A DNA stretch of 64,000 bases from NCBI GenBank assembly GCA_031835245.2, contig JAVKOQ020000004.1, positions 248,001 through 312,000 on the forward strand. Direction: 5' to 3'. The first letter of the stretch is position 1, and every line of letters begins with the position of its first letter. The notes beneath the pieces are model-generated. The model searched no databases. It saw only the letters and a program-made list of their open reading frames with translations, and had not been told where the DNA came from. Shown piece after piece: positions 1-11,875 of this stretch. The stretch is from Balamuthia mandrillaris. Taxonomy: Eukaryota. Position numbers and translations under genes: made by a program.

Positions 1-3000
1 CTCCACCTCGCTTTCTTCCTCTTCTTCCTCCTCTTCTTCCTCGCTATAACTTCGACGACGACGGTGTCTCCATCGTTGTTGCTCTCTGCGTCTTCTTCTT
101 TCTCTCTTCGTGGAGGACGAGGAGGTAGAACGACGTGGATGCAGGCGAGTTCTTCTTAGATCACCGTTCTCTCCAACGACGAAGCTGTCTTCATCCTCAT
201 CATTCTCTTCGTTCTCTTCATCATCTTCTTCCTCGCTGTCCAGCACAAGAAAGTCATCTCCCTCTTCGCCCAACACGACCACCCGATCCTCTTCGTCCTC
301 ATCATCCTCGTCGTCATCGTCGTTGCTGTAGTAATCCAAAAAGTCAAAGTAATAATCCACTTTGGCTTCTTTTCCTTCTCCTCCTTGTTGCTGATGTGCG
401 ACGTCCATCGAAGAAGACGATGCTTCTGCGATCGGCCCCCTCCTCTTTCGCCAACCGGGTCCATCCCCACCAAGCCTCCTCGTGTTTGGCGCTGTTGGCT
501 TTGGAAAGAACGAAGGAAGAAGAGGGCTTGTGTCTAACGAAGAAATTGAGGAAGAAGAGGAAGGAAAGGGCAAAGAGGAAAGAGCGATGATTGGAGAGTC
601 CTTCTTGCGGTAATACTGCAACAAGTCTTCCGAGAACATGTCCTTCTCATCCACCCAACTGTTTAAGGACTCATCGCGACCTTCCCAACGCACAAAGTAG
701 AACATGTTCGCCTTTTGTTGCTTCTGTTGAATCCTCTTCCAGTTATCTGCTTGTTCTTCCGTCTGCTCTTCTTTTTTCTTGTTCTCCATTTCTTCTTTTG
801 GCGAAGATGAAGAAGAAAGAGACGTGAAAGGAGAAGACGAAGCAGAGGAAGAAGTAAGCCTAACTAACTTGGTGGCGAGTATCTTCTCAACTATCCATTC
901 GCTTTCTTGGTGATGAAAGTGAGATGCCATCATCGTTTCTTCTTCATTGATATCGTCAATCCTCTTCTTATCCTTAAGGGACCACCAAGAACGTTGCTGT
1001 TGCTTTCTTTCTTTGAGGTGGTCCTTCCATCGCCGTTCCATCGTTTTCAGCTTCTTCCGGTTTATCAAGTGACTGTGCGGATGATTCAGAGCGTTGATGA
1101 CCACTGTTTGATGCGGAGGCGAAGAAGAGGAAGAGCGAAGTCGAAGGGGATGAGGGAGAGAAGGAGGGGCTGTTGTTGAATTTGAAGAAGTCTGTTGTTG
1201 GCGTTTTTGTAGTTGAGTTTCGTACGTTCTTTGAATAAACTTTTCTCTCCAAGTGGAGAGAGCAGAAGATGAAGAAGCTGAGTTGTCACGACGATCGCTT
1301 TCTTGTCTTTGTTGTTGCTTCACCGTTGACATTGTTGAGGTTGATTGTTGTTGCAATTGTGCGGTTTCTTTGCCTGTATGCTCATAAAGGTTTTTCCTAC
1401 AGAAGGAAAGTATATTCAGTTGCTAAGTTAGTGAGAGAATAACAAGAGGAAAGAGAGCCGTCAAAGAAAAGTCAAAATGAAACACGTACCAAAGTGAATC
1501 ATCAGCAGTAACTAGAATATAGAAATACCGACAAGTCTGCTGAAGGTTGCACAGGTCCCGTGCGCTGCACAGATACGCAAAGCTAGAAAGAATGAGGTCG
1601 GTGGAAAGCAAGTCCATCGCCACTATCTTGCCTCTCAAGTAGGGCGTCATACGTCCAAGAACGGGCCATTCCTTCATCGCTTCGGAGGGATGATAAGGTC
1701 CTTCCTCCTTACCTGGAGCACCATGGTGAGCATGATGATAGGGAGAGGAAGAATCATCTGGATAACGTTCACCATCGCCCCACTGTCGGTGTTTGGTGGC
1801 TCGTCCCCACGATGACTTTTTGGAAGAGGCGGATTCGATGATCGCAGTGTCGTTATTGGGAGATGCAGCAGCTGAGGCACCACGATAGCTGGAGGCGCGA
1901 AGAGTACGAGCTGCTGATAATTATTGAAATGAGATACAAAAAAAAAGGAGACAATAAAAAATACATACGAGTGGATCGAGCAGAGGAGAGGCGGGCAGCT
2001 TGAGCCATTTTCTCTTTCCTCTTTTTGCGGATACCAAAGGAGCCTTTGCCCTGAACACAGTTACTGACATGAGCTCCAAACTGTTGTGAGTTCCTAAAGG
2101 CGTCCCTTGGCCAGACACCACCGCAATGCTTGCAACGATACATCTTTTCAGACGTTTTTGCATTTGCGTTCGTAGTGTTGTTGCTAAGTTCCGAGCTCTT
2201 CGCTTTCTTCTTATTTGTCGCTGGCATAATTGCAGTTGTGTTCGTTTTGCCGTTCTGTTGTTGCTTCTTGTTTCTTGTTCTTGTTGCTGACTGCTGTTTC
2301 CTTTCTGTAATGGTATTTTCGTCATCGTTTTCCTCTTCAGAAGAAACCGTCAAAATTTTGCGAGGCCGTCTTTCTTCTCTATCCAACAAAGTTGTTGCAT
2401 CGACATCCTTTTCTTGTTCTTGTTCTGCTTCCTCTTGTCCTTTACTACGTTGATCCTCTTCTTTCTCCACAAAATGACCTTTGTTCCCTTCGTCTTTGTC
2501 GTCAGAGGAATCAGCGGAGGACGGAACCTCTTCCATCATCGAATCTTCCGTTTTTCGTGTTGAAGCATCCTCTCGTTCTTCATCTCTAACAGCTGTTGTT
2601 CTACCTTCGTCTTGCTGCTGCAATGCCTTCTCCTGGTGCTGTTCTTGCGCTTCTTCGTTGAGTTCCTCCCTTTCTTCTTTTATTTGTTTCTCTTCATCCG
2701 TCTTCTCCATTTCCTCTACTTGTATATTCGTTTGCTCTTTGTTTTCCATTTCCATTTCCATTTCCATTTTCTGTTCCGTTTTGTTTTCTGTCTCCTCCTC
2801 ATCTTCCTTAGCCTTCGGAGAAACAGCCAAGGAAGTTTTAACCTCATCCAGCCACTTGTTGGAAGGAGCTTTGATGGTTCTGCCACCACGGGAAGTTCTC
2901 GAACTTGCTGCCACTGTCTCGTTTGATGCTTCTTGCTCTTTCTCCTCCTGTCCCTCTTTCTCTTCACTTGCTTCATCCGCCTCTTTCTCATGCTGTTCCT

Positions 3001-4027
3001 TTTCTCCCACCACTTCCTTTGCGTTTGCGGTTTGTTCTTCCGTTGTTTGCTGCTCCTCTTCCTTTTCTTCCTCTTTTGCTTTTTTGTTCTCATTCATCCT
3101 CTCACCCACCTCCTCTTTCTCTTCTCTTTCTTCTGCCTCTTCTTTCACTGCCGTCTTTTTAGCAGCAGCAGTTCTGCTCCTCTTACTTATCTTGTTCTTA
3201 TTTTTGGCGGAGGTGGAAGGAGAAGGAGAAGGAGAAGCAGAATGTTTTCTCGTTGTAGTTGTGGCTGTTTTTGTTGTTGGCGTCACGGTCGTTGTTGTTA
3301 TGGTTGTCGTTGTCGTCGTTGTTCTTTCAACAGTGCCTCTGTTGTTGTTTTGAGCGGCAGCGGCGGCGGCAGCGGCAATGGCAGCGGCAGAGAGGCGTCC
3401 ACGTCGGTAGGAGCGGACCACCGGAACGGCGTGTCTCGTGGGAAGCACGAACGGAGGGAGAGGGCGTCGTCTCCGCTTGGTGAATGGGTGACCCGTGGCT
3501 CCTCCTCCTGCGTCCTCTGCCTCCTCCACTTCCTCTCCTTCCTCTTCTGCTTGTTCTGCTTTTGCGGTTGTTGCTTGTGCTAGCGCTGCCTCTGCCTCTT
3601 CTTCCTCTCCTTCTTGTGGCTTTCCTCCTTTCTTCGTTGTATCTGCTTTGTGGTTTCTTTGAAGTTGTTCCGGTCTTCCGGCAGCGGCAGTGGCAGCGGA
3701 GGTTCTTCTTCTTCGTTTGGTGTTGGCGTCGTTGTCGTTGTCGTTGGTCGTGGTGGTGGTTGCTGTTGCTGTTGTGGTGGAGGACAACTCTTCACCGCGT
3801 TTTCTTTTGTTGGCAGCAGAAGAAGAGGAGGAAGAAGTTGTTCCTCTTCTCCTGCCTCTTCTTTTTGTGTTGCTCGTGGCTTCCCTTTCTCCCTCTTCTT
3901 CTGCTGCTGTTGCTGCTGCTTTGTTTTGTGCTCTCTCTGCTTCTTCTTCCTCTCCCGCTTCTTCTCCTTCTTCCGGAAGCGCGTTCAAAGGAGGAGGGTC
4001 GGAGGCAGGTTTCGCTTCTTCCATCAA
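1..4027 (-). CDS. F-box protein with a long charged low-complexity N-terminus and a C2HC-type zinc finger; 3' end runs off the window
   Basis: Exon 1 is 4027-1969 and carries CKHCGGVWPRDAFRNSQQFGAHVSNC, then a GT donor at 1968. The next exon carries the F-box-like MDLLSTDLILSSFAYLCSARDLCNLQQTCRYFYILVTADDSLW, splicing to KNLYEH...TWREKFIQR from about 1396. Confidence 0.7.
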
Positions 4028-4576
4028 ATATTTGGTGGCTTCCTCCTCTCCTTCTCTTTCTATTTCTTTTTTAGAAGAAATTTTTTTTAAAAAAATAAGA
4101 AAAAAAAGAAAAAAAGAAAAGTTGAAGAAAAAAAAATAATATAAAAAGAAAGAAAAAAACTATTTTAAAAAAAGATTGACTTACGGGAATACGATGAAGA
4201 GCCTTCCTCCAAGTCAAAAAATTCTGTCGACGTCGGAGGGAAGAGCGACTCTTCAACATCTACTTCTCCAAAGGAAGAGGAGGAGGAGTTGGCTCTCGTT
4301 GATGCTTCTTCTTCTCCTCCTCCGCCGTCGTGCGCCACCAGCTCCAGAGGAAGAAACGACGACGCCTCTTCAGCCCTTCCTTCTCCCTCCATCTCTCTTT
4401 TCTCTCTTTTGTTGGGTTTTCTGCCGTTTTTCCTCTCTTTCTTCAATTTTTCCTCTTTTTGGCGTTTAACGGCTCATTTTGAGCCACTCGGAGAATTTAC
4501 GGGGGATTGAAAAACTGGCCGTCGGGAATTAAATTGGGAAAAACTTGGCAGGATTTTTGCGAGAGGGTGTGCACAA

Positions 4577-4647
4577 GCATCCGTAGTCTAGGGGCATGAT
4601 TTCCGCCTGCCACGCGGGAGGCCCGGGTTCAACTCCCGGCGGATGCA
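4577..4647 (+). tRNA. tRNA-Gly(GCC)
   Basis: Acceptor stem GCATCCG/CGGATGC plus discriminator A. Anticodon arm TCCGC-CTGCCAC-GCGGG, T arm CCGGG-TTCAACT-CCCGG. A T-run (Pol III terminator) follows. Confidence 0.96.
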
Positions 4648-5174
4648 CATTCTTTTTTGTTGTAAGGTTCTTTTTCCGTTCCATGGAAATGATAAGCGAG
4701 TGGGGACACTTTTTTTTTCTGTTCCCACCCCTCTTGTGAGAAACACTCTAATAAATGGTTTCTGAGCAAACACAAACCCACAGCAGAAAGCCTTTTAGAT
4801 AAATCTTTAAGGATTGAGGATAAACACTAAAGCGGAGCAGTGAATTTTTGTCGACGTGAAAGATCTCTGCTAGAGATGAGACAAAGAAAAAGACAACAGA
4901 AAAGGCCTTTTTATGGTAAGTTTAAGCCTCTGTTTTGATTTTTGATTGGTGGTTTGAAACTTTCAGTAACCGATCAAAGCATTGAGCCGCTTTAGATAAA
5001 CACTGAGAGAAGGATAAAACTTATGATCGTAGGAACAGCAATATGTGCTTTTGCCTAGTGAGGAACCTGTTCTGTTGCACATAAAAAGATTTGAGGATGT
5101 TTTATATCTGTTGTCCCTGACAAAAAATAACCAACAAAAAAAAATACCTGTGAAAGAAAACAATAAAAAGAATG

Positions 5175-5245
5175 TGCATCCGCCGGGAGTTGAACCCGGG
5201 CCTCCCGCGTGGCAGGCGGAAATCATGCCCCTAGACTACGGATGC
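5175..5245 (-). tRNA. tRNA-Gly(GCC), identical second copy
   Basis: Exact reverse complement of 4577-4647, followed by TTTTT on the minus strand. Confidence 0.96.
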
Positions 5246-5354
5246 TTGTGCACACCCAAAGACCTGTTACTTGGGATCACATTGCCGAATACACCGCCCT
5301 GTTGCATTTGTAATGCATTTTTGTTTTGTGCGCCGTTTTTTGTTTGTTTTGCTG

Positions 5355-6744
5355 ATGATGATGATGGACTTCAGCACAGACAGCCAGAGCCATGCACTGA
5401 CCGTGATCAGCTTCAACGTGCTAGCGCCTTGTTATTACCGTCTGCAGCTAGCTGATCGCCCCCCTCGCTCCTCGTTTTGGGTACTCGCTCGACCCGTCCG
5501 TCTCCCCTTCTTTTCTTTCTTCTCGAACCAACAACAACGAAAACAAGGAACGAGTGGAACTGGAGAGCATGCACGAGGAACTGTTCGCGGCCCGATGCGA
5601 GGCCGTTGTGAAGGTGTTGCTCGGTGCTGACGCCGATATCGTCTGCCTGCAAGAGTTCTGGTTTCACCCGGCGTTTTCCGATCGGTTCCTTGCCGCCTTT
5701 CGCGACAGGTCCGTTTGCAGTTGTTGTGTATATTTCACTCGCTGACTTTAGTTTTTGTTCATATTAGTTATGCTGTGTATCCTTGCAAGCGGCCAGGTTC
5801 TTGTTTCTGCTGTTCTTGTTCTTCTTCTTCTTGTTCTTCTTGTTCTTCTTGTTCTTCTTCTGCTTCTTCTTCTTCTTCTTCTTCTTCTTCTTCTTGTTCT
5901 TCTTCTTCTTCTTCTTCTTGTTCTTCTTCTTCTTCTTCTTCTTCTTCTTCTTCTTCTTCTTCTTCTTCTTCTCCTTCCTCCTCCTCCTTCTTTCTCTTAT
6001 GTGCTCTCTTGTTCTCCCCTTTCCGTCGCTCTCTCATTAAAACGAACGTTGGAACAAAAACAGGAAGCAAGAAGGATGGGTGTCTCACTCTCGTTCGCAA
6101 CGGTCTCGCCTTCGCCGTAACGCAAGCATTTCGCATCCAACCCTCCTGCTTCTCCTCGCTTCTCCTCTCGTGTAGCGCAACTCCTCGTTCTCTCATCATC
6201 TTCTTGTTCTTGCTCTGCTTCTTCTCCTTCATCATTGTTGGTGGTAAACACACACCTCTCCTTCCCTCACAACTGCTGCTCCGCCGCATTGCAACTCTTT
6301 GAGCTCAAACGCATTCTTCAACAGCTCGACCAAACATCTCACCATCTACTTTCTTCTTCTTCCTCTCTCACCATTCTCTTTTGTGGAGACTTTAATGCTT
6401 CCTCGAGGTCTCCTGTTTATCGGCTGATGGAAGAAAGGGGCTTCCTTTCCAGCTTCCAACGAGCGCACGGCCGGGAGGCGCTCATCACCCACAAAGACCA
6501 TCGTTCTCGCTTGGTTGCCTGCGATTACATTTGGTTCAAACAGTGGTTCAGAGAGGAAGAAGAAGAAGAAGAAGGGACACAACCAAAGAATGGTGAGGAA
6601 GAAGAAGAAGAAGAAGAAACGTTGTTGGTTCATAAGCAGAACAAACGAATGGAGGAGCGGATAAGAAGGGTGTACGTGTTGAAAGCATGTTTGTTGCCGG
6701 AAGGAGTTCCCGATGAGGTTCGTTTTCCGTCTTATTCTTTCTCT

Positions 6745-6788
<44 letters not shown>

Positions 6789-6838
6789 CTCCCTCGCTCT
6801 CTCGCTCTCTCGCTCGCTCTCCCTCGCTCTCTCGCTCT

Positions 6839-6877
<39 letters not shown>

Positions 6878-6985
6878 CGAAACAAACATATTGTTTTTAA
6901 AAACAAAAAGGAATGGCCAGAACAACAAGAAGGTCAGTTCGTTTCGGACCATCGTCCAGTTCTTTCTTCCTTTCGCTTTGGATGA
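5355..6985 (+). CDS. Endonuclease/exonuclease/phosphatase (EEP, DNase I-like; CCR4/Angel-type) protein, spliced
   Basis: Motifs in order: TVISFNVLA, ADIVCLQEFW, KKDGC, VNTHL, LFCGDFNAS, CDYIWF, SDHRPV. The start is one of four tandem ATGs at 5355-5364. Confidence 0.85.
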
Positions 6986-7051
6986 CTCCACCTTTTTTTT
7001 TTTAAAAAAAAAGAATACAACAAGAAACTCGTTTTCTCTTGTTTAATAAAG

Positions 7052-9109
7052 TCAGGAAGAAGAAGAGGAAGAAGAGGAGGAGGAGGAAGACTGCGACGAG
7101 TGTTGTTGTAGTAGAAAAGGAGGAAGTTGAGTGTCATTATGCACACCAAACGGAGAGGAGGCGTTGCTAAAGAGGGCATGTAAAGAAGGCGGTTGCATCG
7201 CTCTCGTCGCGCTATTTGTTGAAGCGGAAGGAGATTGAAAAAATCGAGGAGGGCTAGATGATGCCATTTGAGGTTGAGGTAAGACAATTGGAAGTGAAGG
7301 CGTCTTTGTTGAAGAAGGAGAGGAAAGCTCTGAAGTAGGATTGGGCAGCATAGGAAAAGAGAGCGGAGAATGTTGGAAGAATGTTTGGCGTTGCTGAGGT
7401 TGATGAAAAAACGGAGCCATTTGAGGAAGTGAGAACGAAGCAGATGAGGAAGAAGGAGCAGAAACGGAGGCTAAAGAAAGGAAAGACGGGAGTATTGGGG
7501 CAGCAGAAGATGAGGAAGGAGAAGAAGAAAAGTAAGCAGGATGAGAGTGTGGTGGATACGGGTAAGGATATCCAGCAACGTGTTGAGGAGAAGGGGAATG
7601 ATGAGGGCGAGACTGGCTAATGGTTGGAGCAGAAAAGTAAACGGGTTGACCTGAAGCGGAGTGATGAAAAGGATGAAGAGTAAATCCTTGCTGTTGTAGA
7701 AATTGTTGATCGTTTTGTCGCGGAACAAAAAAAGGAACATTAAGAGGATAAGGCGTGTATTGGTTTGGCTGTCGTTCAGAAGAAGAAAACGAAGAAGATC
7801 CATGATGTGAAGAAGAAAGTGAAGAAGCGGAAGAAGAGGTAGAAGGGGAGGCTGATGAAGGAGAAGGTAGTTTCTTGTTTATCATCTGTGTTGAGGTTTG
7901 TGCTCCCGTCTCCCAAGTAAATCCTTCCATAGAACAAACTGAAGAAGTGGAAGCAGAGCCTGAAGGAGAAGAAGGTGAAGAGGACGACGACGAAGAAGAC
8001 GAAGAGGAAGAAGCATGATGTGAAGAAGGCTGTTGTTCATGACACAATAGCCCAACAAGGCTCTTTCTGTTAGGTCGATTGCTGTGTCTTCCTCTTCTTG
8101 ACGGCTTCAACGGAGCCTCCGAGGCCATTCTCGACAGCTGACTCCCTCCTATTCGCAGGATGAAGCACATGTGATTCTTGCAGAGAGGATCCTTGCCATT
8201 AAAGCTGTACTGACATCGCTCCATCTTGGGTCCCACGTGACGCACCTGCACAAACTGTCTGACGGCCTCTTGCTTCTCCTCCGAGTTGAGTTGGCCAAAT
8301 GTATGTCGCACTTCGGTCCACAGCTTTGCTGGCAGAGATGGAAAGGCGCAGTCTCTTCTTCCGCAACGTACAAGCTCTTGTTTTCTGGGACCTGTCCACC
8401 CTCTTGTTCGTGCAGAAGAGATACGATCTGGTGGGCGTTGAGAAGAAGTTCGCTCTACATTTTGTTCGCTTTTTTGGGGTTCTCGTTTGAATTTGTTGTT
8501 GGAAGAGGAATAAGAGGAAGGAGAAAACGGAGCATTGTTGCGATAATTGCGAGTCGTTGAAGTAGGTGATGATGGAGAAGAAGGGGAGAGCTTCAACTTT
8601 TTGGTTGGGGAGGTTTGATAAAATGTTGGGGAGTGTTGTCGTGATTTGTCGTCGGCTTCCCCATCTTCTTCTCCTGCTTCTCCCTCTTTTCCTCGCTTCG
8701 CCTGCTTGAATTGTGTCTCCGAAGAGGATTTTTCCGTAGAAACATCGCTATTGTTGCCGAGTGAATGGGGTCGTTTAAGATAATTATCCGAGGTTCGGAG
8801 TTTCCCATGTTGCATCGCTGCAGCGGACAATGAGAGTAAGGACAACCCATTCCCAGGAGAAGAAGAAGAAAAGGAAGGAGAGGAAAATGGATAAAGCAGG
8901 GAGTTTCCTCCAGACGAAGGTTCTACCATTCGAATAGGAGGAAAAGGGGTTTTTGTCGTGGAAGATGCAGATGGAGTTAGTCGAACAATGGGAGAAGGCA
9001 ACGGAGGAGAATAAAACATCAGGTGACGCTGTTGTTCCTGTTCCTCTTCCTCTTCTTCCTGCATGGTTCTTGTTTTTGAAGGCGAATTGATCCTTTCCAA
9101 CTCGATCAT
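7052..9109 (-). CDS. Intronless 685-aa S/P/Q-rich protein with a central Cys-containing basic domain; probable transcription regulator
   Basis: Long uninterrupted ORF. Low-complexity flanks surround a ~100-aa globular segment CGRRDC...CQYSFNGKDPLCKNHMCFILRIGG...RRGRHSNRPNRKS, with NLS-like basic patches (PTKKLK). Confidence 0.7.
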   Translation of the reverse strand: MIELERINSPSKTRTMQEEEEEEQEQQRHLMFYSPPLPSPIVRLTPSASSTTKTPFPPIRMVEPSSGGNSLLYPFSSPSFSSSSPGNGLSLLSLSAAAMQHGKLRTSDNYLKRPHSLGNNSDVSTEKSSSETQFKQAKRGKEGEAGEEDGEADDKSRQHSPTFYQTSPTKKLKLSPSSPSSPTSTTRNYRNNAPFSPSSYSSSNNKFKREPQKSEQNVERTSSQRPPDRISSARTRGWTGPRKQELVRCGRRDCAFPSLPAKLWTEVRHTFGQLNSEEKQEAVRQFVQVRHVGPKMERCQYSFNGKDPLCKNHMCFILRIGGSQLSRMASEAPLKPSRRGRHSNRPNRKSLVGLLCHEQQPSSHHASSSSSSSSSSSSPSSPSGSASTSSVCSMEGFTWETGAQTSTQMINKKLPSPSSASPSTSSSASSLSSSHHGSSSFSSSERQPNQYTPYPLNVPFFVPRQNDQQFLQQQGFTLHPFHHSASGQPVYFSAPTISQSRPHHSPSPQHVAGYPYPYPPHSHPAYFSSSPSSSSAAPILPSFLSLASVSAPSSSSASFSLPQMAPFFHQPQQRQTFFQHSPLSFPMLPNPTSELSSPSSTKTPSLPIVLPQPQMASSSPPRFFQSPSASTNSATRAMQPPSLHALFSNASSPFGVHNDTQLPPFLLQQHSSQSSSSSSSSSSSS

Positions 9110-10130
9110 TCCGTGAGAAGATGAGGATGGCGATGCCGATGATGATGGAAACGCTTCTGACGATGTTGTTGTTTGTTGCTTCTCTTCTTTGATGTTCTGT
9201 TGCTGAGAAGAATAAGAAAGAGGAGAAGAAGAAGATGATGATGACGAAGACGTGGTGGCCGTTGTTGTCGTCGTCTTATTATTCTTGTTGCTTGGTGTCG
9301 GCTATTGTTCTCTCTCTCTCTTCGAAGACCAGTTGATCGACCGGCAACCGAACCGCACCCGGTGGTCAAAGCTACTAGAATGATCGGGGGCGGAAGAGGC
9401 GATAAAGGTTCGTTGTCGTCGTTGGGGTGTTTTGATAAATTAATTGGGAGCCGTTGTGCGCTGTTGCTGTTGTTCTTTCGTTGCGCGTTTCGGATTCTTG
9501 GGGAGGAGGTCTCAAACGCGGTCTCTTTTGTTTTTTCCCGTTTCGATGTGCTGAGCCACCGGGTAGAAGCGGAAAGAGACCGGAAAATCTGCCTGCAGGA
9601 AGCGAAAAAAAAAAGAGAGAGTGAGAGAGAAAGAGAGAGAGAGAGAAGAGAGAGAAAGATTAGTTTTTTTTTGTGCGACGACAGAATAGAATGGTAGGAG
9701 ATTTTTAAACAAAATAGTAAGATAAAACGATGAACAAGGGGAATAAAAAAAAGATCTACGAAAAAATAAGTAGGAATAAGATCTTTTTTCGAATAAAGAA
9801 TCGATAGAATCGGGAATCGCACCCAACAAGAACCAAAAACAAAAAAAAAAGGGGATCAACCGGGGATGGATGTCCGGGATGCTCGCCTTACTTTTTTTTT
9901 TGTTTTTCTTTTTGTTTTCTATTTTTTTTTTTTTGCCAAGTTGATGATTTCTTTTTGGAATATTAGAATTCGTTTTCGTTATTTGTTTTTTGGGTTTCGC
10001 TGATTGTTGTTTTTGGGTCAAACCTTCAAACTCTCTCTCCATTCCTTTTAAATTAATTGGACCCAAAACAATTTTAAAAAAATGGGGGACTCTCCTTCTC
10101 TCTCTCTCTCTCTCTCGCGTTATTCCGTGC

Positions 10131-10172
<42 letters not shown>

Positions 10173-11875
10173 GATGTGTGTAGCTTTTTTTTTGCTTGAG
10201 GGGGAAGTGGGGGAGAGGGGAAGGAGGGGAGGGGTGGGAGGGTTAAAACGCAAACAGAGCAAGGAGAGAGAGAGAGAGAAAATTTGGTGGTGGTGAATGG
10301 TGATGGTGGTGGTGGGGAAAGAGGGGGCGGGGAAGGGCAGATGATGACGTCTAGAGGTGGCAGTAGTGTGGGTGAGGGTCTCTCGTGAGTGATCAGAGGG
10401 ATAGTGCAAGAAGGATTTTTTAAAAACAAAAACATCGGAAGCGGAAACGAAAAGATGAAAACGAAAATGTTTTCAAAAAAAGGAGGATATTCTTGTTTTT
10501 CTCATAGAAAAACAACAGCAACGAATGTTTGTTCGATCTTTTGGAGAAAAAAAAAAACACACGGTCACATCAAGACGGTGAGGGAAAAATAGTACCTTTT
10601 GATCTTTTTGTTGTTGTTTGTTGTTTGTTGTTGATGTTGGTGAGGATCCAAGTGGATGCGTGTTTTTCCTCTTTCAACAAAAAAAATAAAACTCGTTGGT
10701 TGAAGGAGGAATGAACTGGTAGTAGATGGTGGAATATTTTTTGTTTTTTGTTGTTGTTGTTGTGCTGCTGCTGCAAAACCACACGAAACTATTCGAGAGA
10801 AGAAAAGAGAAAGAGAGCGAGATAAAAAAAAGTGTGGTCCTTCGTGGTTACCTCGTTCAGCTCAACGAACAGAAAAAACCCAATAGAGACCAGCAAATGA
10901 TGAACAAAATTACGCTCTATTTACAACAGAAAAAAAAGCAATCAGTCAACCGCAACGAACAACTTTTGTTCCTTTTCCGCCTCCCTCCACGTTGTTTTTC
11001 TTCTCTCTTTCTCTCTTTTGAATGAATGAAAGAAAAGAGAGATAAATTGTGGTCGTTGTTGGGGGGGGGAAAGGAAAGAATGAATGAGTTTGGTTCTTTG
11101 TTCTTCTTCGCTTCATGGAAGCGGAGATGCACCCCGCAAAAAAAGTAAAAAAAAAAGGGTGGGACGGCCGTTTCTACCGTAAGCCGGGGACGGGTTTTCC
11201 CATATTTTCGTTGGGTTTTTCAAGACCGTAACAACAGTTGTACGTTTTTTCGTTATCGATCTATTCGCCTCCTTCGGGCCTTTTTTCCATCCCTGCAACA
11301 AGATAATCGGTACGTTGGCACCGGTCTTTAGATTGAACGCGAGGTGATGATGTAAGAAGACCGTATGATTTTCGGGGGACCGCAATATCCATCCTTTCCA
11401 TATCGGTCGTTTTCGGGACGTAGAGGCACTGAAAAGGGATATATAGGAAGGAACTTCTCAGAAACTTCCTTGCCTATTAGCGGAATAGGTCCGAGATTTC
11501 TACCTGGAAACCTCGGCTTTATCCGTCATCACTCTGGTCAAACCAGTACTGCCGGGCAGTTGTCGTTGCCAAATCGGGAAAACTAGCCTACGCAAGTGTG
11601 GCGTCAGCTGGAGCAGATGATGAAAGTTGACTGGTTGTACAACAGAAACGGAAAACACAAGTTTTAGATCTGTGCATCGCGTAGCAAGATTTTACATCTG
11701 TGTTTTTGCAGACAAAAAAAAAAGAGCCTCACTTTAACTCCTTGTGAATTGCAGTGAAATTCATTGTTGATGGGTGAGGACTTCATCCCCCCTCGAACCA
11801 CTTGTCTGCAGTGGAGTCACCATGCGCTGCAGTGCATCCACAAAAGAGTGCGGGGCGCGTTTCGGTTGAACCGCT

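Larger units (their letters stand above)
4565..5257. repeat. Perfect 93-bp inverted repeat (4565-4657 / 5165-5257) carrying the two tRNA genes
   Basis: Identity covers 12 nt upstream (GGGTGTGCACAA) and 10 nt downstream (CATTCTTTTT) of the tRNA. Confidence 0.92.

Noticed and set aside
7052..11620. Intact DNA transposon around the 685-aa ORF
   Set aside because: No catalytic DDE domain, terminal inverted repeats or target-site duplication could be seen.
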